Part shown: one piece after another, positions 12,285 to 30,507 of the stretch
Layout of the letters: every line of letters begins with the position of its first letter
How positions within the stretch are numbered: the first letter of the stretch is position 1
DNA from: Paraphysomonas bandaiensis
Taxonomy: Eukaryota > Protista > Chrysophyceae
Direction of reading: 5' to 3'
Assembly (NCBI GenBank): GCA_965644295.1
Contig: CBFFRP010000255.1
Span: forward strand, 202,281 to 266,280
Length of the DNA: 64,000 nucleotides
Translations under genes and position numbers: made by a program
Notes under the pieces: model-generated
What the model was told of the DNA's origin: nothing
The model's database searches: none
What the model saw: only the letters and a program-made list of their open reading frames with translations

Positions 12285-13391
12285 ATGTCTGCGAAGTGTG
12301 GCATATGCATTAAATCAGTATACCCGATGGACCCCCAGATTAATCTGGACGGTAGTTTGTATCACAAAACATGCGCTAAGTGCCAAGATTGCAAGTGTCA
12401 GATAACCATAGCTAACTTCACTAAGAGCGGGGATACGCTGTTGTGTAAGACTCATTATTTTAAGAGATTTAATGAACAAGGTACTTACCTGGGAGGAGAG
12501 AAATTCAGCCAGCAGAGTGACCGAAAGAATGTAAGCTATCAGCCTCCTCAGGCATCTGAAGCCACACCACAATCGACTCAGCAGACGCATAGTTCGACCG
12601 GTATATGTACTCGTGCTATATATTTGTTGTATGCGCTTATAGTTTGTTGTCCAGTGCGTCCTGCTGAGCCAGCTCAACCCCAAGGTAGTGTCAAGGACAG
12701 ACTGAAGATGTTCGGAGGAGGAGCAGGAAATCGTACCCTATGTGCCCAGTGCAACAAGGCTGTCTATCCCAATGACCCGCAGATTACACTTGATGGTGTA
12801 GTATACCATAAGCAATGTGCGAAGTGCATCGAATGCAAGTGTCAAATTACGATACAGAACTTTACGAAGGACGGAACAACATTGTATTGCAAGACCCATT
12901 ACTTCAAAAAGTTTCGTGAGGAAGGTACTTATTTGGGAGGAGAAAAATATAAATCCACCCAAAATAAGGTGGGACCTCCGAAGGGCGCTACGGTAGATGT
13001 CGTGGAGGACACCCAAGGGGATATGGGAGTGAAAATGGTGCCCGACACACCCGACACTTCCACAGAGGAGTTGCAAGTGAGCGCAGATAAACTAGGAAAA
13101 GAAGAGAGTTCCAATTCTTCTGTTGAAATGCAGGAAGAAAGCTCTTCTACTCCAGCTGCAGATCAAAAGGAACCTGGGACAGTGGCCCCTGATACAGTGG
13201 AGGATACAGCGGTTTCTGCCAACGAACTCATTTCCAACCCTGTTGAGGATAACACTACCACCGAGAAAGAGGATGAAGGTGACGAGGAAACGAATACTGC
13301 GGATATCGCTAAAGATGACCTGGTTACAGGTACTCCAGAACTGACAAATATGTCTGCGGGATCAACTGAGGAACTTGTTACAGGAGTATAA
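12285..13391 (+). CDS. Two-LIM-domain protein (CRP/plant LIM-like) with acidic tail; probable 54-nt intron 12601-12654
   Basis: Two CxxC-x17-HxxCxxCxxC-x17-CKTHY LIM motifs. Confidence 0.9.
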   Translation: MSAKCGICIKSVYPMDPQINLDGSLYHKTCAKCQDCKCQITIANFTKSGDTLLCKTHYFKRFNEQGTYLGGEKFSQQSDRKNVSYQPPQASEATPQSTQQTHSSTGICTRAIYLLYALIVCCPVRPAEPAQPQGSVKDRLKMFGGGAGNRTLCAQCNKAVYPNDPQITLDGVVYHKQCAKCIECKCQITIQNFTKDGTTLYCKTHYFKKFREEGTYLGGEKYKSTQNKVGPPKGATVDVVEDTQGDMGVKMVPDTPDTSTEELQVSADKLGKEESSNSSVEMQEESSSTPAADQKEPGTVAPDTVEDTAVSANELISNPVEDNTTTEKEDEGDEETNTADIAKDDLVTGTPELTNMSAGSTEELVTGV

Positions 13392-13850
13392 CCCTGTGGT
13401 GTAATCTATGATCTATGATATCTGCTAGTGGATTTGTGTATCTCGATAGATCTAATATCATAGTACAGAATACTGGTATGTTTCTATTAGTAGAAATTCT
13501 GTTATCGCTATATAGGACATCGCTTATGTTCTGTATATTCCGTAGATGAGGTTGTGACATTAATAATAGGAGTTTTGTTAGTACATTGTCCATCGCACAC
13601 TGCGATACAACGGAGTAAACATTGAGCACCGACACATTATATATAATTGCAGTATATATGTATGTATACAATATTTAATAGCAAGAATAACCTATCCACT
13701 ATTACTTTATTAACTAGTTTCGAGGGATTGTCATTTATTTCCATACTATCTGAAATTATGGCAATAAAATATATTTATATTTCGACACCAATAGCCTTAT
13801 TATACTATTATACCGCACCACAAAAAATGTGTAAAAATCATTTATATTAG

Positions 13851-14538
13851 CAGGCTTGCGTAACAATTAATTGGCAATTAATTGGTGACAGGTGTCCAAC
13901 AATAATAATTGCAATTATTAATCAAGCATCCAATTGTTGGCAATGCAATTAATTGGCAATTATTGCCAATTAGTTGCCTTTCATTCTATTGATAGATTTT
14001 AGAAGAACTTTTTGAACTATAATCTCATCCCAAAGAAACAACATTAACATTTTTACGCAGAAAATTCTGAATTATAATCTCATCCCAAAGAAACAACATT
14101 AACATTTTCACGCAGAAAATTCAACATTTCAAGATATCTAGGTGTTATTCGCTAGCGAAAATCTAGTCATAACAATCTTAGCTCTCCTGCTAAACAACCT
14201 AACATTGGTTGTGCTGTACAAATACTTCATGCAACGATATCGTGTTGGAAGTTTGATGCATGCTTCTTAGTTTCGGTTGTATTTAAGTATACGAATGGCC
14301 TCGTCTTCCTCCTTCTCATCCCTAATTAACCCTAATTACGATTAATAAAATGATAACGTGACTGTGCACATACATCCATACTACTATGCTAACATAAAAT
14401 GGGTGTGTACCTAACATCAGTAGCTAGATATCGTAAGATGCTATATATAATTTAGCCAGCCAATTAATTGGCAAGATTTACCAATAATTATAATTGAAAT
14501 TATCACTTTCAAAACCAATTAATTGTTACGCAAGCCTG
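13851..14538. mobile_element. hAT-type MITE, 688 bp
   Basis: Perfect 24-bp TIR CAGGCTTGCGTAACAATTAATTGG; 8-bp TSD TATATTAG/TACATTAG (1 mismatch). Confidence 0.9.
14013..14122. repeat. 55-bp tandem duplication inside the MITE
   Basis: TGAAyTATAATCTCATCCCAAAGAAACAACATTAACATTTTyACGCAGAAAATTC x2. Confidence 0.95.
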
Positions 14539-14549
14539 TACATTAGGTA

Positions 14550-20502
<5,953 letters not shown>

Positions 20503-21821
20503 AACAGTGCTAGTAGATCTCTTATAAAGGAATGCAGAGAATAAGAGCTCCTGCAGAGGCAGTGGTTCGATATGGGATCATTGGGCGTGTCTCCAGCGCT
20601 CCTCAAGAGTCTCTATGCATGTTATTGCAGTACGAGTACGCACACCGAGCTGAATACGTCTGTATTCCTGTGCGTCATATCTTTGGACTGGATACTGCTA
20701 CGGTATTATTATGCAGGTATACTGCTGTATGTATTCCTACTACCGGCTCCGTCTCAATACGGAATACGGTCCCAATACCACGGAATACAGCATCATAGTA
20801 TCCAGCAGTACGAAGTGTATCATATCTACAGTGCCTTGGTGCGGTATCATGTCCAGACCGCCCATACGATCATATCACACACAGGAGTTCCTGCTCGTAT
20901 CTCCTATATGATAACTACTGACAGAGCACTCACGAATTGCTCATATATGGCGATGAATGCGAATAACGCAAGGACTCCTGCAGGTAGTTGGCTCTTGCTA
21001 ACATCATGAACAGTCTGTGATATGCTGCAGCATCCGAAGTCCATATATAGAACTGATGAGATGTACTTGACGGCTCACTGATGTGCTTTGATTGTGAGTA
21101 TTGCATGTGTAATATATGCGAGGAGAGTATTGGTGACGATGGAAGCGGCAGAGGTGTTATCTATGCCGAGATTTTGGTACTCATCGACTCAAGATATGAA
21201 GTTGAAAGATCGGCATACATGTATACTAAATTTGTCCTCTGCACACCGAATACTTGTGAACGACTTGTGAAGCACTACTACGCTTATAACTTATATGCAG
21301 ATTATGATAGAGAGCTTTTTTTAAACGTGTAGAAGTTTGTTTATGAAGCTTTATATTTAATTGTTGAGCGTATTAAAAACTATTACAAAAATTGACATGT
21401 CAAACTTTCAGTACTGTTCCCTATCTCTGATTTGAACCCTTTTGTTCATTGCTAATCTGTCAGTTTGATAGGTGGTGGACTGTTCAGATGATTATTTATA
21501 TGATTGATAATCATTTTAATTTGAGAAAAGTTCAAATCGTCTGCTTAGATAGTTGATTATTAGTGCACACTATAGCGCACTTATGATTTATCATCGCGAT
21601 TCTTTTCGTATGCGATTCATTATGGGGTGAACTGTAATTATAAACCAAAAAATATTAACACATGCATTGGGAAATAGCGTCTTTTTACATTGTATCAGCC
21701 AAACATAATCTCCAATATATGCTGTGGTTCAATTAAATTACACCCACATTGCTGTCATATATTTAATTCAAAAGCAGTTAACCTCGCATATATTAGCGTA
21801 TCATTCTCTATTTAATTGTAT

Positions 21822-24248
21822 TCAAGAGTCATCAATTTGGCCCAAAGCGCTCTGCTTCTCCTCCAAAAGTTTAATCGCGTCTTCAAGCTGCTGTGCAGCC
21901 TCGTCTCTGATGAGCGCCGCCTGGAAGATTGTAAGACAAACTATAACAATGATCAATTCTAACCTTTTGATGCGCAATATAAAAATCCGCGATCTCTTCT
22001 TTTTCATCAGAGTTAGGCTGCCGGCCATGTGAATTTTGAAATTCTGATATCCAATTCTTTATCCTACTCTTTATTGCAGATTTTTCTTCAATAGCCTTCT
22101 CAACAGCGGACTTCTTCTCACCCACTATCTCTTCCAAAACGGCAATCTCATTGAGAAGATATTCTTTATCAGTATATTTATTCGGCCGCGCTTTCTCAAC
22201 AGGACTCTTTGAGTCAGGTGAAGATTGACGCTTGCGTTGTTCTGTCTTACTGTGCGGATAAGGAGTTGGAAATTGCTTACGATAATCGGTTTCATCGCTT
22301 TCCTTTTTCTTAAACCTCGTATCGAGAGGGGCAGGGGAGTTGTCGGCAGAGTATGAGGCAGACAGCTCCCGGCTCAGAGTACGCAGCTGATCAGGAGAGA
22401 GTACAAGAGGACCAGGCTGAATTGTGGGAGTGTCTTCACTGGTTAGTAGAGACGGTCCTTCGCTGCGTGCTCTATTAGCTTCACTAGTTTTCAGTTGTGA
22501 TAGCTCTTTTTTCAATTTATCAGTCTCGAATTGGAAATCTCGTTCTTTTTGCTTTCCGTTCTCGATCTCTGCACTCAGCTTCCTCTTGAGTACAACAACC
22601 TCCTCTGCGAGTTCGTCTCTCTCCTCTCGCAGTACGTAGAATTTACTTTCTAGCGTTTTTCTTGTAGACTGAAGGCGTTCTGCTGCTTCTTCTTCTTTCT
22701 CTTGTATCTCCTTACGACACTCCTCCAGTTGTTTACTAAGACTTAAATGCTTGTTACGAGAAGTCTCCGCATCGTAGGATATGGTGCTGAGTTTGTCCTG
22801 CATTTGCTGGCGTTCCCGTTCAAACCGAACACGTGCATCTTCATACTCTCGTTGCACTGTTGCAGTTCGTGCCCGTTCAGATTCTACTGCTGCCTGAGAG
22901 GCCTGTAACTTGTCCTGGAGAATCTTTTTGTCGAACTCAGAGCTGCTCGCAAGTTCATCACGCAATCGCTCGATGCGCTCGCGCTCCCTGTGCTCTTTGT
23001 TTAGCTCTGACTGAAGATAGGCCGCTTGTTCATTCATTGATTGGATCATAGCACGAGAATTCTTAAGCTCTTCCATTGCGGCTTCCCTTCCTCCAGCATT
23101 TTGTTGAGCAGAGTCTTTAAGCTGCCCCTCCATTTGCTGTATCTTCGACTCCAGCTTCTTTTTCTCATCCTCCTCTAGGTATATTATTTTCGTCAGGTCA
23201 TTGATGCGTTCAGTAAACGCTCTTGATTGCTCAGTGGAAGCTTTAATACGTTCTTCAATTACCACATCGTGATTCGCAAGCTCTTCCAGTTTCTTCATAA
23301 CAGCCTTGCTTCCACCTCCTCCCCGAGATATGTGGTTTAGCTCAGCTCGGAGCATCGTTATCTTTTCCTCATGATCTGATACTGTCTCTATCAGCTGGTG
23401 TATGATATGTCTTTCGGACTTAACACCGTCGTCCTGTTGACTGAATTGCTTGTTAGCAGGAGCCGAAGTCGGGCGACTATGTGGTCGAGTTTTGGTAGGC
23501 AACGAGCGGAAACCTGGGGGATGGGGGGTGTTGTACGGATTACGGGAGGACTCCATTGCGGGAGACCGACTACGTCCCCTCCTACTTCCTGCAGACTGCG
23601 GAAACAACAGTCAGGTAATTTTAATACATTACACGCACGAGCTACCTTAGATGAGGATCTGTCCTTATCACTCTCAGGATACGCATTGTCTAAACCGTTC
23701 AATAATCTGTGGAGCTCTTTAGGGGGCATCAGTCGAGGTTGTGGAGACCCATCGGCCCGATCAGGTAAAAAACCATCAAAACATCTATCACCATCCTCAT
23801 TTTGTTGACTAACTCGAGATAATATCCCTTCCTTCATGAGCATGTTTACATCCCCATTTAGCTGTCTTATAGTTGATTCAATCGTGTCTAGGCGATCCTT
23901 GATACATCGGGTATGTAAAAGGTGTATATCGATATGTTCCACATTTATATCATATCCACATACACTTGTCAACGCGTCCACACGTCGCGAAAGGGTGTCA
24001 AAACTACTGGATGTCACGCTCTTCGAGTACCTGTCTGGATCGTCAACTGCAGCAGATAACTTTTCAACTTTCGACTCCACTGATTCAACATACTTGCTAA
24101 GTCTATTTACAATAGCTAGAGTTTCTTTTCTTTCTTGTACGATTTCGTCATATCGCGAATTGTATGTGTCTTGCACTTTAGTCATGAACACGCTCATTTG
24201 CTGCTCAACAACAGATGCAACAAAATCCTCAACCTTCTTCTTTTCCAT
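21822..24248 (-). CDS. Long coiled-coil protein with C-terminal IKNWISEF..HGRQP motif; multi-exon
   Basis: ORFs 23391-24317, 21883-23607 and 21822-22028 can be linked by short GT-AG introns; heptad-rich E/K/Q/R composition. Confidence 0.75.
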
Positions 24249-24889
24249 AGTGCGATAAGTCTTGAATATACTGTATACAACACGTTTATAGGGTACACAA
24301 GTATGAGCGTTGTACAATGCTCTACTATATCAGTACACAGACCTTTGAATAATGCTGCCTATTTCTTTGTCGCTCGGATCATCTCAACTGCCGGTATAGC
24401 ATTGTAGTATGTAGGTTCCTACCATATACACACACCTACAGACTGTATCTATATATACCTCCGACCTACGACCCCTCATACATACATACATACAGTCACA
24501 GTCACGCTCCGCTTATCCACAGCGTTCATACACTAACTTCCTATTCGTAAAACTGACGATAAATTTTAGGAAAGTTCTTATTTTTTTTTCAGCATTACTT
24601 CGTATCTACAGCAGTATACCTCGACGACTACAGTTGTATTACAGAGCCATGTCCTACAGCAGTATCAGCAAGGTAGTCTGCTGTATACCCAAAGGATCTC
24701 AGCCATGAACAGCAAATGCACTCTAGAAACAACGAACACATCCAACATACGGCATACACATACATATCCAGATACACGTACACGTACACATACATACATG
24801 CCTCTATAGCAGAGCAGACAGCAGTGGACCCTCCATATACACAGCCATATCCATACACCACATTGTCAGACGACCGAATATATCTCACT

Positions 24890-25838
24890 ATGGCGTATCG
24901 CATTTACGTGGGCAATCTTCCAATGGATGTGAAGGAGAGAGAGGTGGAGGATTTGTTTTATAAATATGGCCGCATACGCGACATCGACCTAAAGACTCCA
25001 TCTCGCCCTCCCGCTTATGCTTTCGTGTCATTTGAGTATCAGGAGGATGCAGATGCAGCTATAAGAGGAAGGTATAGTTTAGTATAGTGATGAACTTGTT
25101 CGTTATGTCACACTGCACTATAGAGATGGATATGACTTTGACGGCGACCGTCTGCGTGTTGAATACTCCAAGGGTAGTCGCGGCTCTGACCGTGGTGACT
25201 TCCGTCGCGATAATCGCGGCCGTGGTGGAGGCCGTCGAAGTGACTGGCGCGTGATTGTGACTCGACTCCCTCGATCTGCCAGCTGGCAGGATTTAAAGGA
25301 CTTCATGCGTAGAGCAGGGGACGTTATCTATGCCGACGTTGATAGCAATGGAGATGGCATTGTGGAATACAGTAATGAGGATGACATGGAAAATGCTGTT
25401 CGCAAATTGGATGACACAGAATTCAAGAACCCTTTTGACCGGTCATATGTTCGTGTCAAATTTGCGGATCGCGGACGCGACCGCAGCAGGAGCAGATCCA
25501 GGGATCGCCACCGCCGGAGTCGCAGCAGAGACAGCAGAAGTGGTAGTCGAGATCGCGATAGGGGATCATCTCGCCGGGATAGATCAGGTTCCCGCAGTCG
25601 TAGTAGGTCGCGTAGCGGCAGTGGGGGCCGTAGAGGAAGAAAGGACCGCAGCAGAAGCGCCTCGAGGTCCAGGTCCGTCAGTGTACGAGATGACCGTCGC
25701 CGCGCCTCCCGCTCTGCCTCCCGGTCTCCTTCTAGGTCAAAGTCTCGTTCACCTTCCCCTGCCAGAGGGGGTAGACAAGAGGAAAATGGATCATCTAGAC
25801 GACGCAGCCCTAGCCGCAGTCCAAGCGCTGAGGCGTAG
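24890..25838 (+). CDS. SRSF1: SR splicing factor of the SRSF1/ASF-SF2 type; 2 exons
   Basis: RRM1 ([15 protein letters not shown]), intron 25072-25123, pseudo-RRM signature SWQDLKD, RS domain. Confidence 0.93.
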
Positions 25839-26892
25839 ATGCTTTTGCGGATGAATGACAGTACCCTTGTGTAACAGATGCCCCTGTTGGAGGGGAGGTG
25901 GGTGCTGTATGCGTTTCTGTAGTCTACGTTAAGTAGCAGTTGGTTGATGTTAGGTAACGTGTGTGGGCTTCACAATGTCATTTTTTCTAATAATACTACG
26001 TTTCAGTGACGCTATAGCGATATTTTCCCATTTACTTGTCATGAGATAGGAGATAGAAAGAGTTTATGTATGCTCTCGCTAGGTTTTATGTGATTTCATG
26101 CAGGGGAAAGATGAGCTACCATAAAACCCAGTGTTTTAGCAATAACATGGGACCGATAGCGAATATGTAGTATTGTGGCTTGTGACCCACTTCAGAAAGA
26201 CTAAGACATATTGATGTAGTAACTACTGCAGTGGAGAGGTCCACCAGAACATCTACAGACTATTGAGGGAGACCGCCAGTAATTCATTAAGTGAGAGAGA
26301 ATACAGTATTGTGGTGCTGTCTGTCATCACGATTAATGGGCTCCACTATCTACCAATATTGATGGAATATTTGACCAGTCCACCAATCAATATATTTTAC
26401 AATATATTGTTCCCTATCCCTGCTATCTACTATATATGCAGAAGGAGGATAGAGCTGACAATAGGCGTGTAAGAGTCACAACTTGTTGTAAGGCAATAAC
26501 AAGCCACAAGTTGATAGTAATGATAGTGTTATTAGCTTGTTTTATCAGAGGTTATCTGTGATAATAATGACTAGCATTCTAATCTATCTTCTATCACAGA
26601 CTACACCTACAGCTCACCGCTTGGGCACATATATATGTATATGCCCTTACTCTATACCAATCCACTGTACATATCCTACACCGTATTGTCATCATACACC
26701 GTATAATGGTATACCGTTACCCTACTGTAGCTGGCTGTCTACACTGTATATATCCTGTATACTATACATCCACAGTATTGTGCAATATACAGCAGTATAC
26801 TATCAAACCAAGCTTTCACTCCAATGACAGCCAACCTCCTATACGGGGATGACAACACAACTAATGTAGCATTACATTTTATCTAACTACTG

Positions 26893-26996
26893 CATGCTGC
26901 GTATCAATTAATTGCGATAATTGAAATTGAGACATCAAGTAATAATTGCAATTATAATTGACTACAATCTGCGTCAATTAATTGATACGCAGCCTT
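26893..26996. mobile_element. ~100-bp deletion derivative of the hAT-like MITE family
   Basis: 19-bp inverted repeat GCTGCGTATCAATTAATTG / CAATTAATTGATACGCAGC, related to the TIRs at 13851 and 49613; no TSD visible. Confidence 0.65.
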
Positions 26997-27573
26997 ATTG
27001 TTCCTACACTACTTTGATCTATTATACACATTTCTAACAATTGTTACTTGAGTTCAATGTTAAAGAAGAATTATATATTTACTATTGGCAAGATAGTTTA
27101 TGTATTCTATTAACATTAACATGATATATCATTACACAAGCTAAATACGTTATGCATAACTTCCAAAACCCTTGCAAAATGAAGCAACACTTCATAGTTT
27201 CTAGATAACTACAAAACACTATAAAATATAATTCCGCTATGTTGTTTACGTCACAAAAAGATAATCACGCAATATATATTACGAGTGTAGAGGACGCAAA
27301 TCACAACATGTTCATCCGTACTTTAATTATAAATTTAACTGAGCTGTCTCAATATTACGTCAAAAACAGAACTGAGTAAGGAGGCATTTGTAGATATATT
27401 CTGCGGTACGTATACCACCAATCGCATTTACATCACAGCAATGCAGTACAGCAGTGTATTTCCCAACACTTTTCCGACATTTCAAGAGAAATGTATTCAA
27501 AAGATGCACATAATTTCATTTATATTAAGAATAAATAATACATATATCTAATATAAGGACGTCCGGAAAAAAT

Positions 27574-29994
27574 CTAACCTCTACATTCCGCTAAAAAAAA
27601 GAATTACAAGATTACGTTCAATTAAGATACAGCATTACCTAGCTCTCTAGTCAGTGCCTCGGACAACTTCAACGAAAGCTTCCGGAATTCTTCCGTTCTT
27701 TTCTTCATCATTTCTTCAATCTCAATATCTTTTTCATTTACCTACAAACATCATGATGAATGCTCCTATTATGGTAGGACTGTAGTTACATACCTTGTGC
27801 TTTAACCTCTCACATTCATTGTTCGCCTGATTTAAAGCACTTTGCAGCGAAGTAATTTTTTCTTCATTATCCGATACTCTGCATAAGTAGCATAACACAA
27901 AAAATTTATTCAACCCCAGCACAACACCTTCGGTCCAAAGAAACACACTCTTTAGCATGCTTATCACATTCCGACTCCGCAGCCTGCAGCTTTTCTCTCA
28001 GTGATCTATTCTGCGTTCTCATCTCCTTTTCTTCTTCCTATTGAATTCAATAAGCACGTATATCGCTATTTCGGCATCTACACTCACTCTACAAATAGTC
28101 AAAGAGTTCTGCAAGTCATCAAGTTGCCTCTTATGATCGCTACGCATTCCCTGTCATAAAACCGTTAGTAAAAAATGTATAAACAACCAATATAGCTAAC
28201 ACCTTAATATCATCAAGCATTCCCTGACAGCGAGCTTCGTAATCATTTCTTACAGCGTAAGCTGCTTCCAACCTGATCAAAATCACTTACAAAGGTACAC
28301 AATTTAGAAAATATACGAACCGCTGCTTGAGATCGTCTATCATTTTCTCCGCCCTCGTACGCTCACTTTCTCGAGCAGAAGCAGCAGACTCCTCGCACCT
28401 AAAAATATTAATTACTAGAGAGGACATAATATATAATAGTGGTATTACTTCTGAGTAATCTGTAATTGAAGAGTGGACAATTCAGCACAGCTCTCTGAGT
28501 ACTTTTCCTGCGCAAACCAAATAGTCAAAAGTTATTCCTCAGAGCACTCAAACCGTACGTTTATAAGGGCAACTTCGTTCGAAAGAGAGGAAATTCTCTC
28601 CGCTGCTGCAGCAGTGCTCTCCGCCGCTGCTTTGCGTACTTTATTTATTTCTTCCAAACACCTGCTCTGCTCTGTAGCGAGGGCAGCCTCAGCTTGACTA
28701 CGAGTACGTTCCAGCTCACTCTCAGCAGCTTCCGCGCGCTCTTTCGCCCTAGAGACAAAGAATAACTACCAAATATGATCACATATTTGTGAGGCTATAA
28801 CCTATCAAGCGCTGCCGTCGCTGCATGTGCCTCCGCTGCCGCTTTAGACTCCTGTAGGAAGCAGACATGTTACTTTATATCGTAGAATGAGGAATATCAA
28901 ATTCACACTTTGATAGTGAGGTCAGAACATTTAGACTGCAATGCTCGTAACTCCTCATGCAGAGCGTCAAGCTCCTCTTGCGACTGTCTCTGCATGCGTT
29001 CGAGCTGTATCTGTAAGTGGTCTATACTGTCTCTAGCTTTTCGGAGGCGCTCTCGAAGGGCATCCCTCTCTGCAGCACAGGCCTTCACCTCTGCGCTCAT
29101 GTCCGCGATTTCTTTTTTATATTGTTCCGCTGCTTCTTCCCGCTCTCGACCCCATGCTTCTTGAGCCACCGCAAACTCGTTCATTTGCTCTGAAATGCGA
29201 AGTTTAGCGGCCCGAAGTGCTTCATCCAGCTCATTAATCTTGTGCTGATCTCGCAATGTGAGTTGCTCTAAATCTGTAATGCGTATAGCAGACGCATCTA
29301 GCTGGCGTTGAGCATCTGCAAATTTTCTCACTTCAACGGACAACTGCTGCTTGAGGCGTTCATTTTCCCTTTTCAAATCCGCAATGCACTTCTCAAAGTC
29401 TGGTTGCGGTGGCTTCTCAGGAGGAGGGGGCGTGGGGGGACGTGGCTCTTCCTGCCGATACAGGCCATTATTCCATTTATCTACTTTATCGAGTACTTCG
29501 CCGCTAACTAAGTTCCCAGCAAGTAATATTACCAAGGGGGTTGATCGACCCCTGAATGCAGCTTCAAACGCCATTGCACCGTCATCACTGATTTGGTTCC
29601 ATCTTAAATCTATGTGCCTCAGCGTTTTATTCCCAATAATAACATTCGCAAGAGCGACAGCGCCATCGTCACAAACTCCATTGTTTCTTAGATCTAGATG
29701 AACAAGAGAAGAGTTCTTTTCGAAGGCACTCGCAATGAATGAAGTTCCTGAAGATCCCAACTGGTTCCACTCTAATGATAGTATCTGAAGACTGTTGTTT
29801 CGTCTCAGCATCTCTGATATGGCCTGTGCGCCTCTACTTCCCAAACAGTTACCTCGAAGGATAAGACGAGTGGTTTTACAGTAGTCTGTGTCTTGTGAAG
29901 AGAGTTTAGCACATAACTTGGCACAGTTCTCATCTCCTATGAACTTATCTATGCACAGCACCTCATCAGATGAGAAACTGAAGAGATCGTTCAT
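27574..29994 (-). CDS. LRRC45: LRR plus coiled-coil centriolar protein, LRRC45-like; multi-exon
   Basis: RI-type LRRs LILRGNCLG, LSLEWNQLG, LDLRNNGV, IDLRWNQI followed by a long coiled coil in many small exons. Confidence 0.7.
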
Positions 29995-30507
29995 TGTGTG
30001 CACTGGAATTATTGTGACAATCTCTCGTAAGTGTGATAGATCGATATCGAGTAAACGAGTAGCTTATGAGGGAGAGCCGTGTATACACCCCTCTGCTGTA
30101 TGACCATATTTAAATCCTACACATCTGGACATACGGAGTCAGAGTACCGGATACATACTCTCGTATCAGCTGTAGATATTGGCACAAAGTATTATCAGAA
30201 AACCCAATTTTTCATCAACCAGATTTCTCCAAACTCAATTTTTAGCACCTGGAAAACACAGTGCTTTCAAGAGATTTTGGGGTACCGGTATCAGAAATCC
30301 CCATATAAAAAAGCACAATTTTCGACGATAGCAGTAGAAAGATGCAAAAGCAAGTGTCATTGCTGTGTACGAGTAGACTATGATGATACTGCATGTAGAT
30401 GCATCTCACTGATGTACAGTAAATAGACGCTATTCTATGCGCATCCGCAGAGGAAATATATTGTATAATAGTTTTCTTCTCCTGTAGACTGATTGCTTCT
30501 TTCAACC

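Noticed and set aside
14315-14345. CCCTAA telomere-like words
   Set aside because: Only two units, inside a MITE.
21075-21085. TGA near a Cys-rich stretch as possible selenocysteine
   Set aside because: The TGA is not in the frame of the Cys motif and no SECIS is evident.
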